A DNA stretch of 64,000 bases from Octopus sinensis (lineage: Eukaryota), in the NCBI RefSeq assembly GCF_006345805.1, contig NC_043013.1, forward strand, positions 58,280,001 to 58,344,000. The letters are read 5' to 3'. The notes under the pieces were generated by a model that saw nothing but the letters and a program-made list of their open reading frames with translations, searched no databases and was not told the DNA's origin. This document shows positions 1 through 13,843 of the stretch, in pieces. The translations under genes were made by a program, and so were the position numbers. The stretch's first letter is position 1. Each line of letters opens with the position of its first letter.

Positions 1-1745
1 TTTGATTTGGGAATTAAGATGGTTTTCCCCTTCGTGAGCCATTCAGGCATTGTCTCTGGCTCTGCTAGTATGCTGTTAAAGTTTTCAGCCAGCTTTTTGT
101 GCATTCCTGTTAGATATTTCAACCAGAAGTTGGGGATCTTGTCATGCCCAGGTGCCTTCCAGTTGCTTAGTTTTTGCAGTGCCTGGGTGACCTCTTCAGT
201 TGTTATGGGGGTCCAAAGTTGTTCAGATGCCGAGTTTGTTATTTTCATACTCCTTTTTTTTTGGCTGTTCGTTCGCCGACCATATTTCTTTCCAGAATTC
301 TTCCAATTCTTCTGCCGTTGGTGCGCAGTGACTTCTATTTTATTTTTGCCCAGTTCTTGGTAGAACTTTTTGGGGTCGGAGTTGAACTTTTTGTTCTGTT
401 CAAAGAAGCGTTGGCGTTTCTCGTACCGGCGGATCCTTTGAGCTTTGGCAAGGATATCTTGCTTCAGCTTTTCTTTTATCTCGGCAAATCTTTTTCCGTG
501 ATGTTATATTTGCGGAGCATTTTTGTTCTTTTTGTTGCTCAGTAGCGTTGCTTGTTTGCTGATTTCATAAGAATCGACAGGTCTTTTCTAATTTTTTTTA
601 TTTTGTTTTGGATGTTATTTATCCACAGGGTTTGTTTGGGTGGTGGTACTCCTGTTTGGGCGGGTTTGGGTGAGTATCCAGCTTCTTTTGTGGTTGCAGT
701 GGCTGCTGCGTATATCAAGTCATTTAGTTCAGTGATATCACTTTTTTTTGTTTCAGTTGCTAGTTCAGTGACGGCTAGGTTTATGTTGTTTATAATTGGT
801 GTTGTTATTGCGTTTATTTTTATTCTTGGGAGGTATGGTCGGTGGTCCATTTTGAGCTCTGTGGTTTTAGTTCTTTGATTATTTTATTTTTTATATTATC
901 ATAATCATTAGGCTCCCTTTCGTTGTTTACATCGTGTTTGTTGGGAATGTTGCGTTTGTCTTCGTGTTTTACAGTTTCAGTGTTTATATTATTGGGCATT
1001 GTTGTGTGGCTTCTATCTACATTTTCCTGGTGTATTTTTTCTTTTAAATGTTCTATTTCTATTTCTGATAGTTTTTTGGCTTTGAGAATGTATCTTCGTA
1101 CGTTAGCTAATTTATTAGGGTTCATTGCTGTATCCAAGTCTATACCTCTATTATTTTCCTTCCATATTTTATATGTATGTGTTGTTGTATTTTCATTTTG
1201 TGGGTAGAGCATTGCTGTGAAGTATGCGTGTAATATAGAAATGTATTCCTCACGTGTCCATTTACGTCTTTTGGGTTTTAATTGCGGGACATGAGGTACA
1301 ACGTCCGGCCCATTATTTTGACGGTCGTCATTTTCGTAGGGTACCGGTCCGTTTATTTCTGTTGTCACATTATTTCGCACGTGTAGTTTTTCGTACATTT
1401 TTTGTTGTAGGTTTAATGTACGTACCACTCGATTGTTATTCTTGGATTGAATAGTATCGGTGGCATTTAATTTCTTCGTAGTTCCTTTGTACATGGTGTT
1501 TGAGGTCGGGGATGATCGTGTTGTTCCACGCATGTTTACATGTGTTGTGTTAGAGGTGGAGATAATATCGAGTCAAAATACATCATTTCGTTTCGAAAAT
1601 AGTAATAAATTTCAATTCGTATTACTTACTCGGATATAGTCCAATTCTTTGTTAGTAAATCTTTGGCTCCATAGGGTGTCCTTGTTTTCGATGTTTGTGG
1701 ATAGATTTCGGAGCTCTGTATTTTCCTTCTTACATCTTAAACGTC
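1..1745 (-). mobile_element. R4/Dong-like (RLE-type, R2 superfamily) non-LTR retrotransposon, 5' portion: 5' UTR, N-terminal domain and start of RT; frameshifted, with stops; continues off the left edge
   Basis: Minus-strand peptides RRKWTREEYISILHAYF...KLANVRRYILK (820-1533), ITELNDLIYAAA...WINNIQNKIKKIRKDLS (539-850), then AKAQRIRRYEKRQRFFEQNKKF...NWKAPGHDKIPNFWLK...PEWLTKGKTILIPK (1-500). These are typical R4/Dong N-terminus and RT domain 0-1 motifs. Confidence 0.85.
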
Positions 1746-1749
1746 CCCG

Positions 1750-1780
1750 GTGTCTTCTTCATCTTCTTCTTCTTCTTCTT

Positions 1781-1811
<31 letters not shown>

Positions 1812-1826
1812 TTATTATTATTATTA

Positions 1827-1895
<69 letters not shown>
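1750..1895. repeat. Compound microsatellite (CTT)n then (ATT)n between two R4-like elements
   Basis: Seen directly. Confidence 0.95.
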
Positions 1896-1896
<1 letters not shown>

Positions 1897-3010
1897 TAGT
1901 TATATTTTTATAACATGCTTTCACTGCGCTACCGAGCTCAGCTCTGTGTGCCTTGGGTATGTGCTGTGATTTGTTGTGATGCTCTGATGGTTATTGTACG
2001 GAAAGTGTTCTGCGTAGGATGTGTGCAGTGCCTTGTAGTGCAATTTTCTGTATTTTATATATATCTGTTAGTCCTAGTATTTTTGTTATGTATTTGTGTG
2101 AATATCTTTTTATCATACATAATGCACCTACTATGATAGGAATTGTTTCTATTTTTAGACTCCACATTCGAGTCACCTGTTTCCAGGTCTTTGTATTTTG
2201 AGTTAAAGAAACATTGTCATCTGCTGGTACTGATACATCAATTGGAAAGCATCTTTTTCTTCGTGATCTCTGACAACTATATCTGGCCTATTGGCCTTAA
2301 TTTCTCTGTCTGTGTGTATTGGCATATCCCATAATATTGTTGCTTTCTCAGTTTCTGTGACCTTTTCTAGTTCGTGCCTATACCATGTTTTTTTCTGTTT
2401 TTATTCCATAGTGTTGGCGTAGCTTCGAGTGTATGTAAGTCCCAATACTGTCGTGTCTGTAAATATATTCCTTAGCCAGGACTAGGCAGCCAGAGACAAT
2501 ATAATTTATTGTTTCTTGTCCATCTCTACATATTCTGCAGTTACTTGTTAAGTTTCTTTTCACTGTATGTTTTTGGTAATTTCTGGTGAGGAGGCTTTGG
2601 TCTCGTGCTGCAATTAAGAATCTTTCCGTCTCTGCTTTGAGTTCTGAGCTTCTCAACCATTGTTGAATTTTGCTTTGTCTATTTATTTTGCGTTTAGTTT
2701 AGCCCAGTATTTGCCATGAAGGGGCTTTTCTTGCCATCGTTCTTTATGGTCCGTTGCTGTTCCAGTTTTAATTTGAATTTCATTTGTTTTACAGCTTTTC
2801 TTGTTTCTTCTTCTTCTTCATAGTTGTTAGGTAGTATGACTTATAGTTTGTATTTGTCAGCTTCCTTAAAGACTGAAAACAGTTTTTTGTTTTGTTCCTG
2901 ATTTGTGGCTATTTGTATTAAGGGCCATGCTCGCTTAATTATGGTCAAGCAACAGACAAACAAATCTTTGGTACCGGGCAGAATATTTGTTGTAACCCAT
3001 ATGTTACACC
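1892..3010 (-). mobile_element. 5'-truncated R4/Dong-like element: end of RT, CCHC knuckle, RLE endonuclease, 3' UTR and (TAA)n tail
   Basis: KPLHGKYW; LKAETE...AARDQSLLTRNY...CRICRDGQETINYIVSGC...EYIYRHD; ETIPIIVGALCMIK...IQKIALQGTAHILRRTLS. The 3' UTR is nearly identical to that at 23075-23170. Confidence 0.9.
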
Positions 3011-4346
3011 TAGACATAATAATGTAAATAATATACATAATTCCTCATCTCTTAAATATAGAACTGTAAAACAAAATTGGTACATGACAACGCTTCCAAA
3101 CAGTTAAGGCCAGAAGCCCTTAGAGCTACCATCTGCTATTGCATCAAGGCGTTTATTTATTTATAATTATTACGTTCTACTGTTTGTATGTCTGGGTGAG
3201 AAGACAGAACAACTTCTGATGACATCAGCAAAAGAAAGGAATGGTCTGTTCACAAACTGTGCTCACAAAAAGGTCATTGTGATTCACCTTCTTGATTGTA
3301 ACAGACTGACTGATAGATAAAATGTGCCAAAAATAATAACATTATGATTACAAGGAACAGAGGAGGGAGTCGACAATTATATGGAGCCAGGTAAGCGAAA
3401 TCGCGCGGTTGAGAAAGTGCACAAATTGTAGGTGAAAAATAAAGACAAAGATGTGTGCAACGAAGGAAAATATGCGAAAGCAAGAAATAGAAGAGGATCA
3501 ACCGTTTTGATTGTTAAGAAAGAGAAGACGAGAAAAGAATATTTAAGAATATTTAATCTTTCGAAACCAGATGACAAAGATAGGAATGGTGATTTTGTTG
3601 TTGTTGTTGTTGATGATGATGGAGAATTGTGCAAGCTGCCATCGTCGTTGTTTGATGGAGCCATTTTTACGCTTTGTTCCTTCGGAGATGCTGAGCTGTA
3701 TAGATGTGAAATGGTTAATATTTTCTAGAACTTTGCACCGTTCATTTTTATTGTAAAATTCGTCGAGTTGCTTCTGAGGCTTTAATCAATGTTGTTTTTG
3801 CTGTCGTTGTTGTTTTTGTTCGTGTTGCTGTACTTGCTGTCGATGTTACAGCTGCAGCTATTGATGTTGTTTCCGACATTTTGCTGATGGTGGTAGCTTG
3901 GTTACAAGTTTTCAATGAAGAAAATTCAGACAGCATTTATATTTGTGTGTGTGTGTGTGTGTACATTTGTAATCTGATGTATATACAGACATTAATAAGT
4001 ATACATGGTTGCACACACATACGTACACACACAAAAGTACATCTTATATATCTTATTATGCATATATGTACGATTATAAATACGTATACAACTATAACTT
4101 ATATAACAGACACATACATTATGCATATACAAGCTTATACATATAAATATACATATATATAATATACATATATATGTGCATGTTTGTATATATGTGTATA
4201 TATATAATTCAAGTTTATTTTTGACTTCTAAAGACAATTACATACATACACGTACGTATATCTGAACGTATATGTGTGTACATGAAATTTATATTTATAC
4301 TCGCAGATACACATCCATATATGAGCTTATATGAATGTGGATGTGT

Positions 4347-4399
<53 letters not shown>

Positions 4400-4789
4400 C
4401 TTCTTTATTTTGACTTCTAAAGACAATTACATTATTCAGTGTTGGGAGGAACATTCGCCTTTGTCGAATTCAATTAAATTTTGTTCTTCTCAAATTCTAC
4501 CTTGTCTTTATCTTCCTTCATTCCATTCCAATGAAGTCCATTTCTTTCTTTTACTCCTCAGTTTCCATTACATTGTTTCCTGGTTTTCTCTATTAAATAT
4601 CATAACGTAACTTATATATTTAACGAGAGATCTTTGTTCAATTCATGTTAGGCTTACAATCATTTTCAAACAGAAATTATTTACATTAAAATACATACCA
4701 GTAATATACAGGCGATACTACCATGTGTTCCTTTTCTCTTTCAAATATCTCTTATTATTAATAAGGAAGAGGTTCGGAGGTGTGAATAG

Positions 4790-5100
4790 AACACAGGCAG
4801 TGGAGACAAAGAAAATTGAATGTATAACAGAGGAAGAAATTGAAGAGAAGTTATGAAAAAGGCAACTTATGTTAGCAGAGGGAAGAAATTCCGTACGGTG
4901 GAGGTGATGTTTTCCACAAAGGAAGAGGCGGCCTCGCACTCCACCACCATCCTAAGAACGGAAAAGATTGCATTGTTGCCCACCTACAGAGGAAGACGAA
5001 GCGACAGAGTTAGGATTTCGAGAGTGCCACCAGAAATAAAAACGGAATGGTTGGTTGCAGCGGTGCTGGCGTCTACAGAGGACGCCAGCACCGTATTTCT
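4790..5100 (+). mobile_element. Possible ORF1 (gag-like) remnant of an L1/Tx1-type LINE
   Basis: Non-repetitive peptide FRTVEVMFSTKEEA...LLPTYRGRRSDRVRISRVPPEIKTEWLVAAVL resembles LINE ORF1 N-terminal regions from memory; no zinc knuckle visible. Confidence 0.3.
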
Positions 5101-5189
5101 ACAACCATATATTACTATTAACGGTACCTCATCCCCATCTACTGTCAACCACATCACCAATATCGCACGGATCGGTTATCGCGATGAGT

Positions 5190-5290
5190 GGTCCAGTTAA
5201 TCCGTTCAACGGAAGGGCCTGCTAGTGAAATTAACGTGCATGTGACTACGTACTCCACACACACGTGTGCCCACGTGTTCTCAGAGTTCT
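5190..5290 (-). mobile_element. SINE body fragment (same family as 28560-28800)
   Basis: Shares a degenerate tccgttcaacggaa..gcctgctagtgaaattaacgtgca motif with 28590-28640. Confidence 0.55.
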
Positions 5291-6399
5291 TTGTGACTGA
5301 ATACAACTAAATCTACCCTTTGAAATATAAGTGCTACTCCCTTTTGTCAGCTCAGAGGACAAGAACAACAAAAAATAAAGACATACCGCACCGCCGGGAA
5401 TCGAATCCTAACAGAGCCTAGAGAGAGAAATAACAACAACAGCAACAAAACCAGGGCCTTCGTGCTTGATCTGCGCCGTGTGATTTTGAATGTGCTGTTG
5501 ACTAGGGAGAGATTGATCTTTAAATTTTAGTGGTAGAAGAAAGAAGAGGAGAAAAAGAAAAAGATTGAAACAAAGGAAGAGTGAGAGGGACAGAGAAAGA
5601 AAATCTGATTTATTTTTAAACCCTCATTCCTCTGGCCTTCCATAAAATTCCATTAAACATTATTTATAAATCAAAATTAATTTTCTGATCTTATATGTTT
5701 TTAAGTGTATGAAGATAGATAGAGAAAAAGAGATTGAGTAGGAGAGAGAGAGGGTGTAAAGCAGACAAATATGGATGTAGTTGGTGTGAGTGTACGTGTA
5801 TATATATAGAGAGAGAGAGCGAGGGGAGAGAGAGTGAGAGAGATAGAAAGAGAGAACGAAATATACATAACAATAGAGAAAAATATAGCAATAGGTGCAA
5901 CATTCTCCCCCGTCTTTCTAAATTAGTCTCCATGAGTGTCTCTCTGCAGACATACAGTTCTTTCCTCCTGTTCGTGTTGTAATCTTTCTATACACATATA
6001 AATAGCAATCTATGTTTAGGAAACTGCTGCGCCTCTCAACACTAAGTGATAAATCTTCTGGGTTGAGGTGTGGTCAATCCTCGATATTTCCATACATGTT
6101 TACATGGCATCCATCACATGATGGCGATTACATACAAATTACTCTTGCAGCTCTCGCTCTCTCTCTCTTTCTCACCCTCTTTATCTCACTTTCTTTCTCT
6201 CTTTCTCTCACTCTTTTCCTCTCACTTTCTTTCTCTCACAATCATTTATGCAGGAATGCAACTTTATCATAATCATCAGAACAACGTCATCCTCACCAGA
6301 AAAGGACGGTGACACTTAACGCGGGACTAGCAACAGCAACTAAATATTCTTCAAATCATCATCTTCTTCGCTGCGGTCCAATTACCAATTCCAACCGCT

Positions 6400-6651
6400 A
6401 CTTCTGTTGTGCATTACCACTATTACACCTTCATCGCAGTCTTTCTTTTTCTATTGATATTCTATAGTATTGCCATAGCTTCCAGTCTATATAGGTCCCA
6501 ACTATGTGATGTCTCTGAATATATTCCTTCTCAGCCACAATATGATTTATTATTTCTTCTCCATCACCACATATTATGCAGATACTTGTATTTCTTTTCA
6601 TTATGTGCTTTTGGTGATTTCTGTTAGGAAGGCTTATTATTATTATCATCA

Positions 6652-6701
<50 letters not shown>

Positions 6702-6915
6702 GCCATTGTGTAATACGGTGTCAGCTGTTCACTACCATATTTTACAAGCACCTTCCTGAGTATTCGAGCGGTTCCAAGAAGTGCTGTTTTCTGCAAGTGC
6801 TCCACCCTTATTGCAGCTCCTGTTTGTTCCATGTACTTCTCAAGATTTTTATTCACTGCTCCCAGGGCTCCGACAATTATTGGTACTACTACCACATTTT
6901 TCATCGACCACAACT
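6400..6915 (-). mobile_element. Two R4-like remnants separated by a (TAA)n tract
   Basis: VVPIIVGALGAVNKNLEKY...LQKTALLGTARILRKVL (6745-6915), (TAA)n at about 6640-6700, then CIICGDGEEIINHIV..KEYIQRHHIVGTYIDWKL (6440-6600). Confidence 0.85.
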
Positions 6916-6984
6916 GCTTAACCTGTCATATTTATCGACTTTTCTTTATTCCTTATCGTATACATTGTTGTCGGCATAAGACAG

Positions 6985-7135
6985 TGTGCTGGCAGAATCG
7001 TTACCACGCCGGGTATTTCGTCTGCCGCTTCGTTCTGAGTTCAAATTCCGCTGTGGTCGACTTTGCCTCCCATCACTTCGAGGTCGATAAATTAAGTACC
7101 ATTTGTGTACTGGGATCAATGTAATCCACTCACCT
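6985..7135 (+). mobile_element. tRNA-derived SINE, family A (Deu/Nin-like core)
   Basis: ctggcagaatcgtta head, B box gagttcaaattc, core ggtcgactttgcct..catc..tcgaggtcgataaattaagtacc; other copies at 40.5, 41.3, 43.3, 56.3 and 59.8 kb. Confidence 0.85.
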
Positions 7136-8199
7136 ATCACAAAAGGCAGGAGGTTATCAATAATATCGTTAAGGATTTATTGTCATTTTCATCTTTATTG
7201 TGATTGTTATCATTATTTTTGTTAATGTTGACGATGATGATGATAACAGCAACAACAACAACAGCAGCAATTTTAGAGCAAATTGTATAAATTAAAGTAA
7301 AGGTAAAGCAGTTATAATAATCACCGTCATTATTACATACTGAGGCAATATATTTTATGGATCTAATATACAGTGACTGCAGTTAGCAATGATTTTGAAT
7401 CATTGCCTCAGATAATATCGAAGTATCACACACATGCACAACTCTATACCAACAAATACAACACTCATCAATGGAAACATGAAAATAAACCAAACATACA
7501 CACATTAGACAATTGACAATTTATCTCCAGGTTATGTTTGTGTGGCGAGTTAATTAGAACTGCAAGTAATGGATGCTATTATATTGTGTAGCGTCAGTGT
7601 TCATATGTATATGTGTGTGTGCATATATATATATATATATAATATATATATATATATATAATCACACACACACACACACACACACATATCTATATATTAT
7701 GCATGTTTGTATGTGGGCGTGCGCATGCACACACACCTACCTATTTACATGAAAAAGACCACAAAGTAAATAAAAGGACTCAATACTAATTTGTAGAGGA
7801 GTAAATTCTATTTGTGTTGATAACATTGTGTTTTATTGTGTCGGGTTTTTCAAGTGAATAGCGAAATGGATATATTGTTGGGAATATTAACAGTGAACAG
7901 TTATCTATGCTTTGAATGGACGATGAAAATATTACTTGTGACATCTGATTGGTGTAGTTCCAGGAACATTCAGATACTATCTTTTTTCTCTGGACAAACG
8001 TGATTAAAGTTTAAAACGTTCCCTTTGAAACCGGCAGTAGGAATATAAGTACAGAGTAAGGGAAGTAACTCGAGCATAGTATATCTGTGCAAACATTCGT
8101 TACTCTGGGAGAGAAAAATATAGGAAAATTGAAAGAGAAAACTAAAGTATGTGTGTGTATGTGTGCCTGCGTGCGCGCGTTTTGTATGTTTGTGTGTGC

Positions 8200-8242
<43 letters not shown>

Positions 8243-8477
8243 TGTATATATATATAATATGGGAGTTTAGTTCACTGGCGATCTAAACGAAGAGGTACGC
8301 TAAGTGCTGTAACGGATTATCAGGGTTCCAAACTCGTGATTGAGACGAGAGCTATGGATCCATATTAGGTTTCTGATTTAGCAGATAAATATTTGTGAAA
8401 GAGGGCAACAAACGCCGAGGCTTAATAAGCATCTCGAGTTATGTACATCATTTTATATTATTCTTAAATTAGTTTAG

Positions 8478-8553
8478 GTCTTGCAGCTGTTTCTCAGATA
8501 TCCCAAGTGAAAGGCGAGTATGCTTGAATATGAGGCATTCCGTCATCAGAGGC
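8478..8553 (-). ncRNA. Decayed type I hammerhead ribozyme
   Basis: GCCT CTGATGA CGGA...TCTG A GAAA CAGCTG CA AGAC. Core boxes intact; triplet is GCA instead of GUA; stem I pairs 3 of 4. Same GAAACAGCTG motif as the HHR at 24225. Confidence 0.5.
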
Positions 8554-9710
8554 ACGTAGAGAACATATAAAAGATCTAGACATGGAAATATTCAAATAAA
8601 AGATACATACATAGAAAATTCGTTGATAATAAGCAAAGACCTAGAAAAGCAGAGAGTAAGGAAATAAGGAAACAGAGATCACAGTTCATTTTTCAGTGGG
8701 TATGGATGTTAGTCCGAATGTCCGTAGGTAAAATCCGAGGTAAATCCAGGCAGTATTACGGCACAGCATGAGTAGTGTGTTCACAGCATCAGTATTGAGG
8801 CAATATTTTTGCGGAATTGCGAATGGTGTATTCATATTGTGATGACTTGTTTGTGAGATCATAAAAGTGGCTATTGAACAAAGTGGAGGGAGAAGGATAA
8901 AGAAAGGAAAAGAGAGGTTAATGAGGAGAGAGAGAGAGATAAAGAGAGGAGGAAGGTAAGTGAAAGAGTATTAGCAAGGATTCGTTAGAAGAACAAAAAT
9001 GAAGAAATATAAAAATATAGAGTAAAAAGTAAAAAAATACAATATAAAAATAAAAATAGAAAAATAGAAATAAAAATAAGAATGAATTGTAAGAATAAGG
9101 GTACAGATAAAAGAAGAGAGGAGGAAGATAATGGAAGATAAAAAATATAAAATAAAAAGGATCAAGGAGAAAGGGAAAAGAAATAAAGAGAATAATAGAT
9201 AAGTGACCAGCAAGAGGTCAAGCAGTAAATATTTGTGTCTGTTGAATCGATGAAATTCCAGTTGGTCCTGATCAGTAAGGATAGATATATTCCTACCTAT
9301 GAGGGTATGAATATATTAAAGGGTGAATGAAGAAATCAGTTAAATATTTAATTCTTTAGGAATAAAAGTTACAATTGAAGATTTGGAGATCTAAGAGGTT
9401 GAGTTTTAAAGTTCAGTTGATTAAGTTAAAACACGCAGATTAAAGTAAAGAATTAACAGTTATCTTCTAAGGTACTAATGTTGATGAAGATAATGAGGGG
9501 ATAGACCTAAGTATATTATAACGACCATGGAAATATGCAAGTAAGCGTTAAATACGAAGGATAAGTTGACAGTTGGGAAAAATTTTAATGTGCGGGAAAA
9601 TTTGTGTTTACAAGTTCTGAATCCCTCGTTTTGTTGGAGTAATTGTGGTGAGTTATGAGTTAATATCTGGAGGGTCTCTTTAGGCACATTCCACATGTGA
9701 ATACCAATAC

Positions 9711-9765
<55 letters not shown>

Positions 9766-10316
9766 GTTTTTATGTTCAATTTTTTTTTTTTTAATTTACA
9801 TGAATCTGAAGCACCCTAATGTTTGCGCTCATAAAGTAAATGTTATAATATGATTTTCATGTTCTGTAACTGCGACCCCAGTAAACATACATTCAAATTG
9901 TTTCGCGTGAAATTATTTGATTGGATTTAAAATAACTTCTCCACGAATAATTCTTACCGGTGTATCAGTATTGATACATATCGTGTTGCTGTCGCCATGT
10001 ACAAGTCTCTCTTCATGTATTCCATACAAGTCTGAGTTCATTAGCAAAGACCAATTAGCTTCGTAAACATCGGAGTACTACTTCTTAATCTTTGTGATAA
10101 AAAACCTCACCGTCTGGTTTTTTCATTGAATTAGTATTTTTCTTTCGACATCCTCTTTCATTGTTCCTATTATGCCGTCTATTTATTTCCAATATTATTT
10201 ATATTTTGTGCTGAGAAAAATAAGTCATATTTTTACGCTCAATAATATATAATAATAGTTAATCATAGCTGTTAACAATTCCAACAAAATTATCTACCTC
10301 CTCTCTTATGATATTG

Positions 10317-10392
<76 letters not shown>

Positions 10393-11375
10393 TATTATTA
10401 TTATAAAAATAGCATTTACATGACAAAGTGAAGTAGCAGACAAGAATTGCCTTCAGAGAGATGAAAGGTGCCGTGGAGAAAGTTCCAGTGATTTACAGGA
10501 ATATAAAAATAAATGCAGTATGGTTAATACGAAATTTTTGTAGATTTTACTCGATGCGTTAGTTTTCATTTCTATTGTTTTATATTTAGTGATAGAGACT
10601 TTTTATTTCGTTTCGGGGTTGATATAACCTTTCTAATAATTAAAGTCGACGGTGAAGTTTCAAATTCAGTTAACGATCACTGTTCTATTTTGTATTTAGT
10701 TAAAGTTATTTACCCCACCTCCAGGTGAGCATCTCTTTTGTAAACATGTGTGTGTGTGCGCGCGCGCGCGTGTGTGTGTGTGTGTGTGTGTGTGAGCTTG
10801 CATTTCCTCAGTGATGGAACTTAAACTACTCAACTATCATCAATTTAGGGTAGTTTAAGGACGGCACATTGTATGCCTGTTCGTACATTACTGGTCTGCC
10901 CTACCAACCAGATCTGAAGCCATATACATGCGAAATGAAATCACGCAAATAAGCCACAGAGGCAGCGATACAGCTGACAAAGTAACGAATACGAAAAGGA
11001 TCCCAAAGAACATGACACACAGCGACTGTCCACCATCTTCAGCCAAACGACTGCATCTACAAAACACCAAAGTGAACAAACTACATAAGTAGGCCCTTAA
11101 CCCGACATATGGAATGTACTTCCTGAAACTGCCCTATTTCGATGAGAGCACAACTGAACCTACACAGCAGGCGATCCGAAATATAGAAATGCAAAGTGAA
11201 ACTGCAACATTATTTCTTTTTCCTTTTCCTTCTTTTTCTAGTTTACTTTCTACCATGTTGCGTTGTTTTGGCCTTTCACAATAAATATCCTCAGAGTAAT
11301 ATCACAAAATGTTTCATTACAACTACTTCATCTTAATGAACATACACACAGGTACATACACACACAGACACACAG

Positions 11376-11485
<110 letters not shown>

Positions 11486-12708
11486 AAAATATATATCGCC
11501 ATCACCCTCATCATCAGAATATAGCTCATAAGGTAGTGAAGAGAGCTTTGTTCGCCCACCACGGTGGATGCGTTGACTTATATGTAGTTAGGGAAAACGA
11601 CAAATGAAATAAAATTGTTTTGTCATAGAATTTCTATGAAAGAATGTAAAAGTATATGAGAACATGTGAAGGAAACACTAGGCTACAATTGGCACAGACA
11701 AGAAATAAAATGATGTGAATTGCAGGGAACATCTCATCTACCTCCCTATACACATAATTACATATATAGAAATATTTCCCAACTTGATATGATATAGCTG
11801 CAGGAAAATTAATAACTAACAGATTTCCGTCTTGTTCTATAAAAATATGTCTTTTCTACAATGTATAATCGACGTGACGTAAATCTTTGTTGCCTAAAAC
11901 TGTTTAACATATAAACAATATTGTATGTTTAAAATTATATAACATCAATTTTACATTAGAAGTCTGCTAGAAAACATTATTGCTGAGAATTATATGATAA
12001 ATTGACTGATATGAAATAGTATAGCATTCTTAACACTTTTACTACCGCAATGTTCATAAGCAGGAATGGTTCTGCTGAGGGAATACAAGTAAGATTAGAA
12101 ACTAGTGGTTTCTGTAAGTGGGGCATTATCGCCGTTCATTAAACAACTTACAGGATATATATGAATATATTTGCTTCTCTGAAAGCTACGTTTGGCAATC
12201 TCTTAAAAAATATTGCATTTTATTAACAGATCTTGCAAACTGTTAGAAGTTATAGGATGTTGTTAAGAAAGAAAACAGCTTGCACGACAATATTGGTGTC
12301 TACTAGTAAGTAGGGCATAATATTAAGAAATACGACAGCTCGTCAGAAAATATGGTAGTGTGTCAGGAAATATAGATGTAAGATATGCAATATTTGTCTA
12401 AAAAAATACGAGGCAGTTTGTAAGAAAATGATGTAGATTATCAGGAATTTTAGCTAATAATGCGTTTTGTTAGAAAATAGAGCAGTGTTTTAAGTATTAT
12501 AAGGTTCAAATTCTTAAGAGTTAGAACAATCCTGGTTAGCGGACAAATAATTACCCGCCACAATTATTTCATGTAACACTGTTTGATTGAAGATTCAAGG
12601 ACGTCTTGTTCATGACAAAACAACCCTGTCATAATCTTAAATTTGCTGGGTCTATCAAAGAAAAGTTGGTTGTTATACATTGTAGGCTGTTCGACTGCAT
12701 TGACGCCT

Positions 12709-12742
12709 TCTTCTTCTTCTTCTTCTTCTTTTTCTTCTTCTT

Positions 12743-12822
<80 letters not shown>
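12709..12822. repeat. Compound microsatellite (CTT)n(ATT)n
   Basis: Seen directly. Confidence 0.95.
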
Positions 12823-12825
<3 letters not shown>

Positions 12826-12835
12826 AATATATTAT

Positions 12836-13779
12836 TTTTTATATATAAAAAATAAAAAAATGGGACAAGAACGCAAACCTCCAGACAGATGATATAAAAA
12901 AGGGTCAAGAAAACATCCAGATAGACGATACAAAGGAAACAAGGATGGGTCATTCGGAGTTTTCCTTCCTCAGTCGAATTCCAGATTATCTTTGTAATTT
13001 CGGCTGGTTATACTCGAGATTGCTCCAATCTGGCCAGCCCCAAGGAAAAACTAAGCTAAGAGCATTAGATTCCTTGGAAGAAAGCAGCGAAAACAAGGAC
13101 GGAAAAACGGAGAATGTTATACAAATAACAGGACATAACAACCGGTATCTTTCGACTAAGGACGAATTAAATTGAATTGGCGTGTGTGGAAGTAAAGCCT
13201 TACGGCAGAGATACAGGATTTCACAGGCACGGGAAGGAATACAGATGTTGGACGGACGGCGGCCGAACCAAGAAAGAAAGGTCAGACTTGCCCGAACACC
13301 GGTCACGGGGAGAGAGAAGAGAGAGAGGTAGAGGCAGAGGGACAGAAGAAATAAGCAGGGGCGAGAAAAGTGTGAAGTGAAAAGAGGAGGAAAAGTGAGC
13401 ATGAAGAGAAGGCAAGGGAATGTGAGAGAGAGGGAACGAAATAACGAGGAGTGGAATGAACGAAGTAAGCGTGAAAGGGCTGATAGAAAGAAGGAAAGAA
13501 TGATAGAAAGAATAGAGTCGTACAAGATTTAGATAAATATATACTTACATATAAGAGACCAAAGTGTACGTAGGCCGCTATATATTTTATATATAAAAAA
13601 TACAAAATGGGACAAGAACGCAAAACATCCAGACAATTAGGTGATACAAAAAAGGGACAACAAAACATCCAGATAGACGATACAAAGAAAACAAGGACGG
13701 GTCATTCAAAGTTTTCTTTCCTCAGTCGAATTCCAGATTATCTTTGCAATTTTGGCTGGTTATACTCGAGATTGTTCCA
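12836..13779 (+). mobile_element. About 945-bp element bounded by about 190-bp direct repeats (LTR-like or PLE pseudo-LTR tandem)
   Basis: 12836-13027 and 13586-13779 both read aaaatgggacaagaacgcaaa...cctcagtcgaattccagattatctttg...ggttatactcgagattg. Confidence 0.7.
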
Positions 13780-13843
13780 TATATATTGTATTTGGGGATG
13801 GTCATGTTGCTAGTTTAACCAATAAAAAAATAATAAAACCTGA

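Noticed and set aside
3200-3255. CTGATGA...GAAA near 3214
   Set aside because: Stems II and III cannot be formed.
10850-11090. Hydrophobic 63-aa minus-strand ORF as a possible exon
   Set aside because: No recognisable domain or donor site, and it ends in a stop.
12950-12985. CTGAGGA A GGA AAAC TCC GAA (minus strand) in the direct repeats
   Set aside because: The box reads GAAU and no stem I or cleavage site can be built in type I or type III topology.
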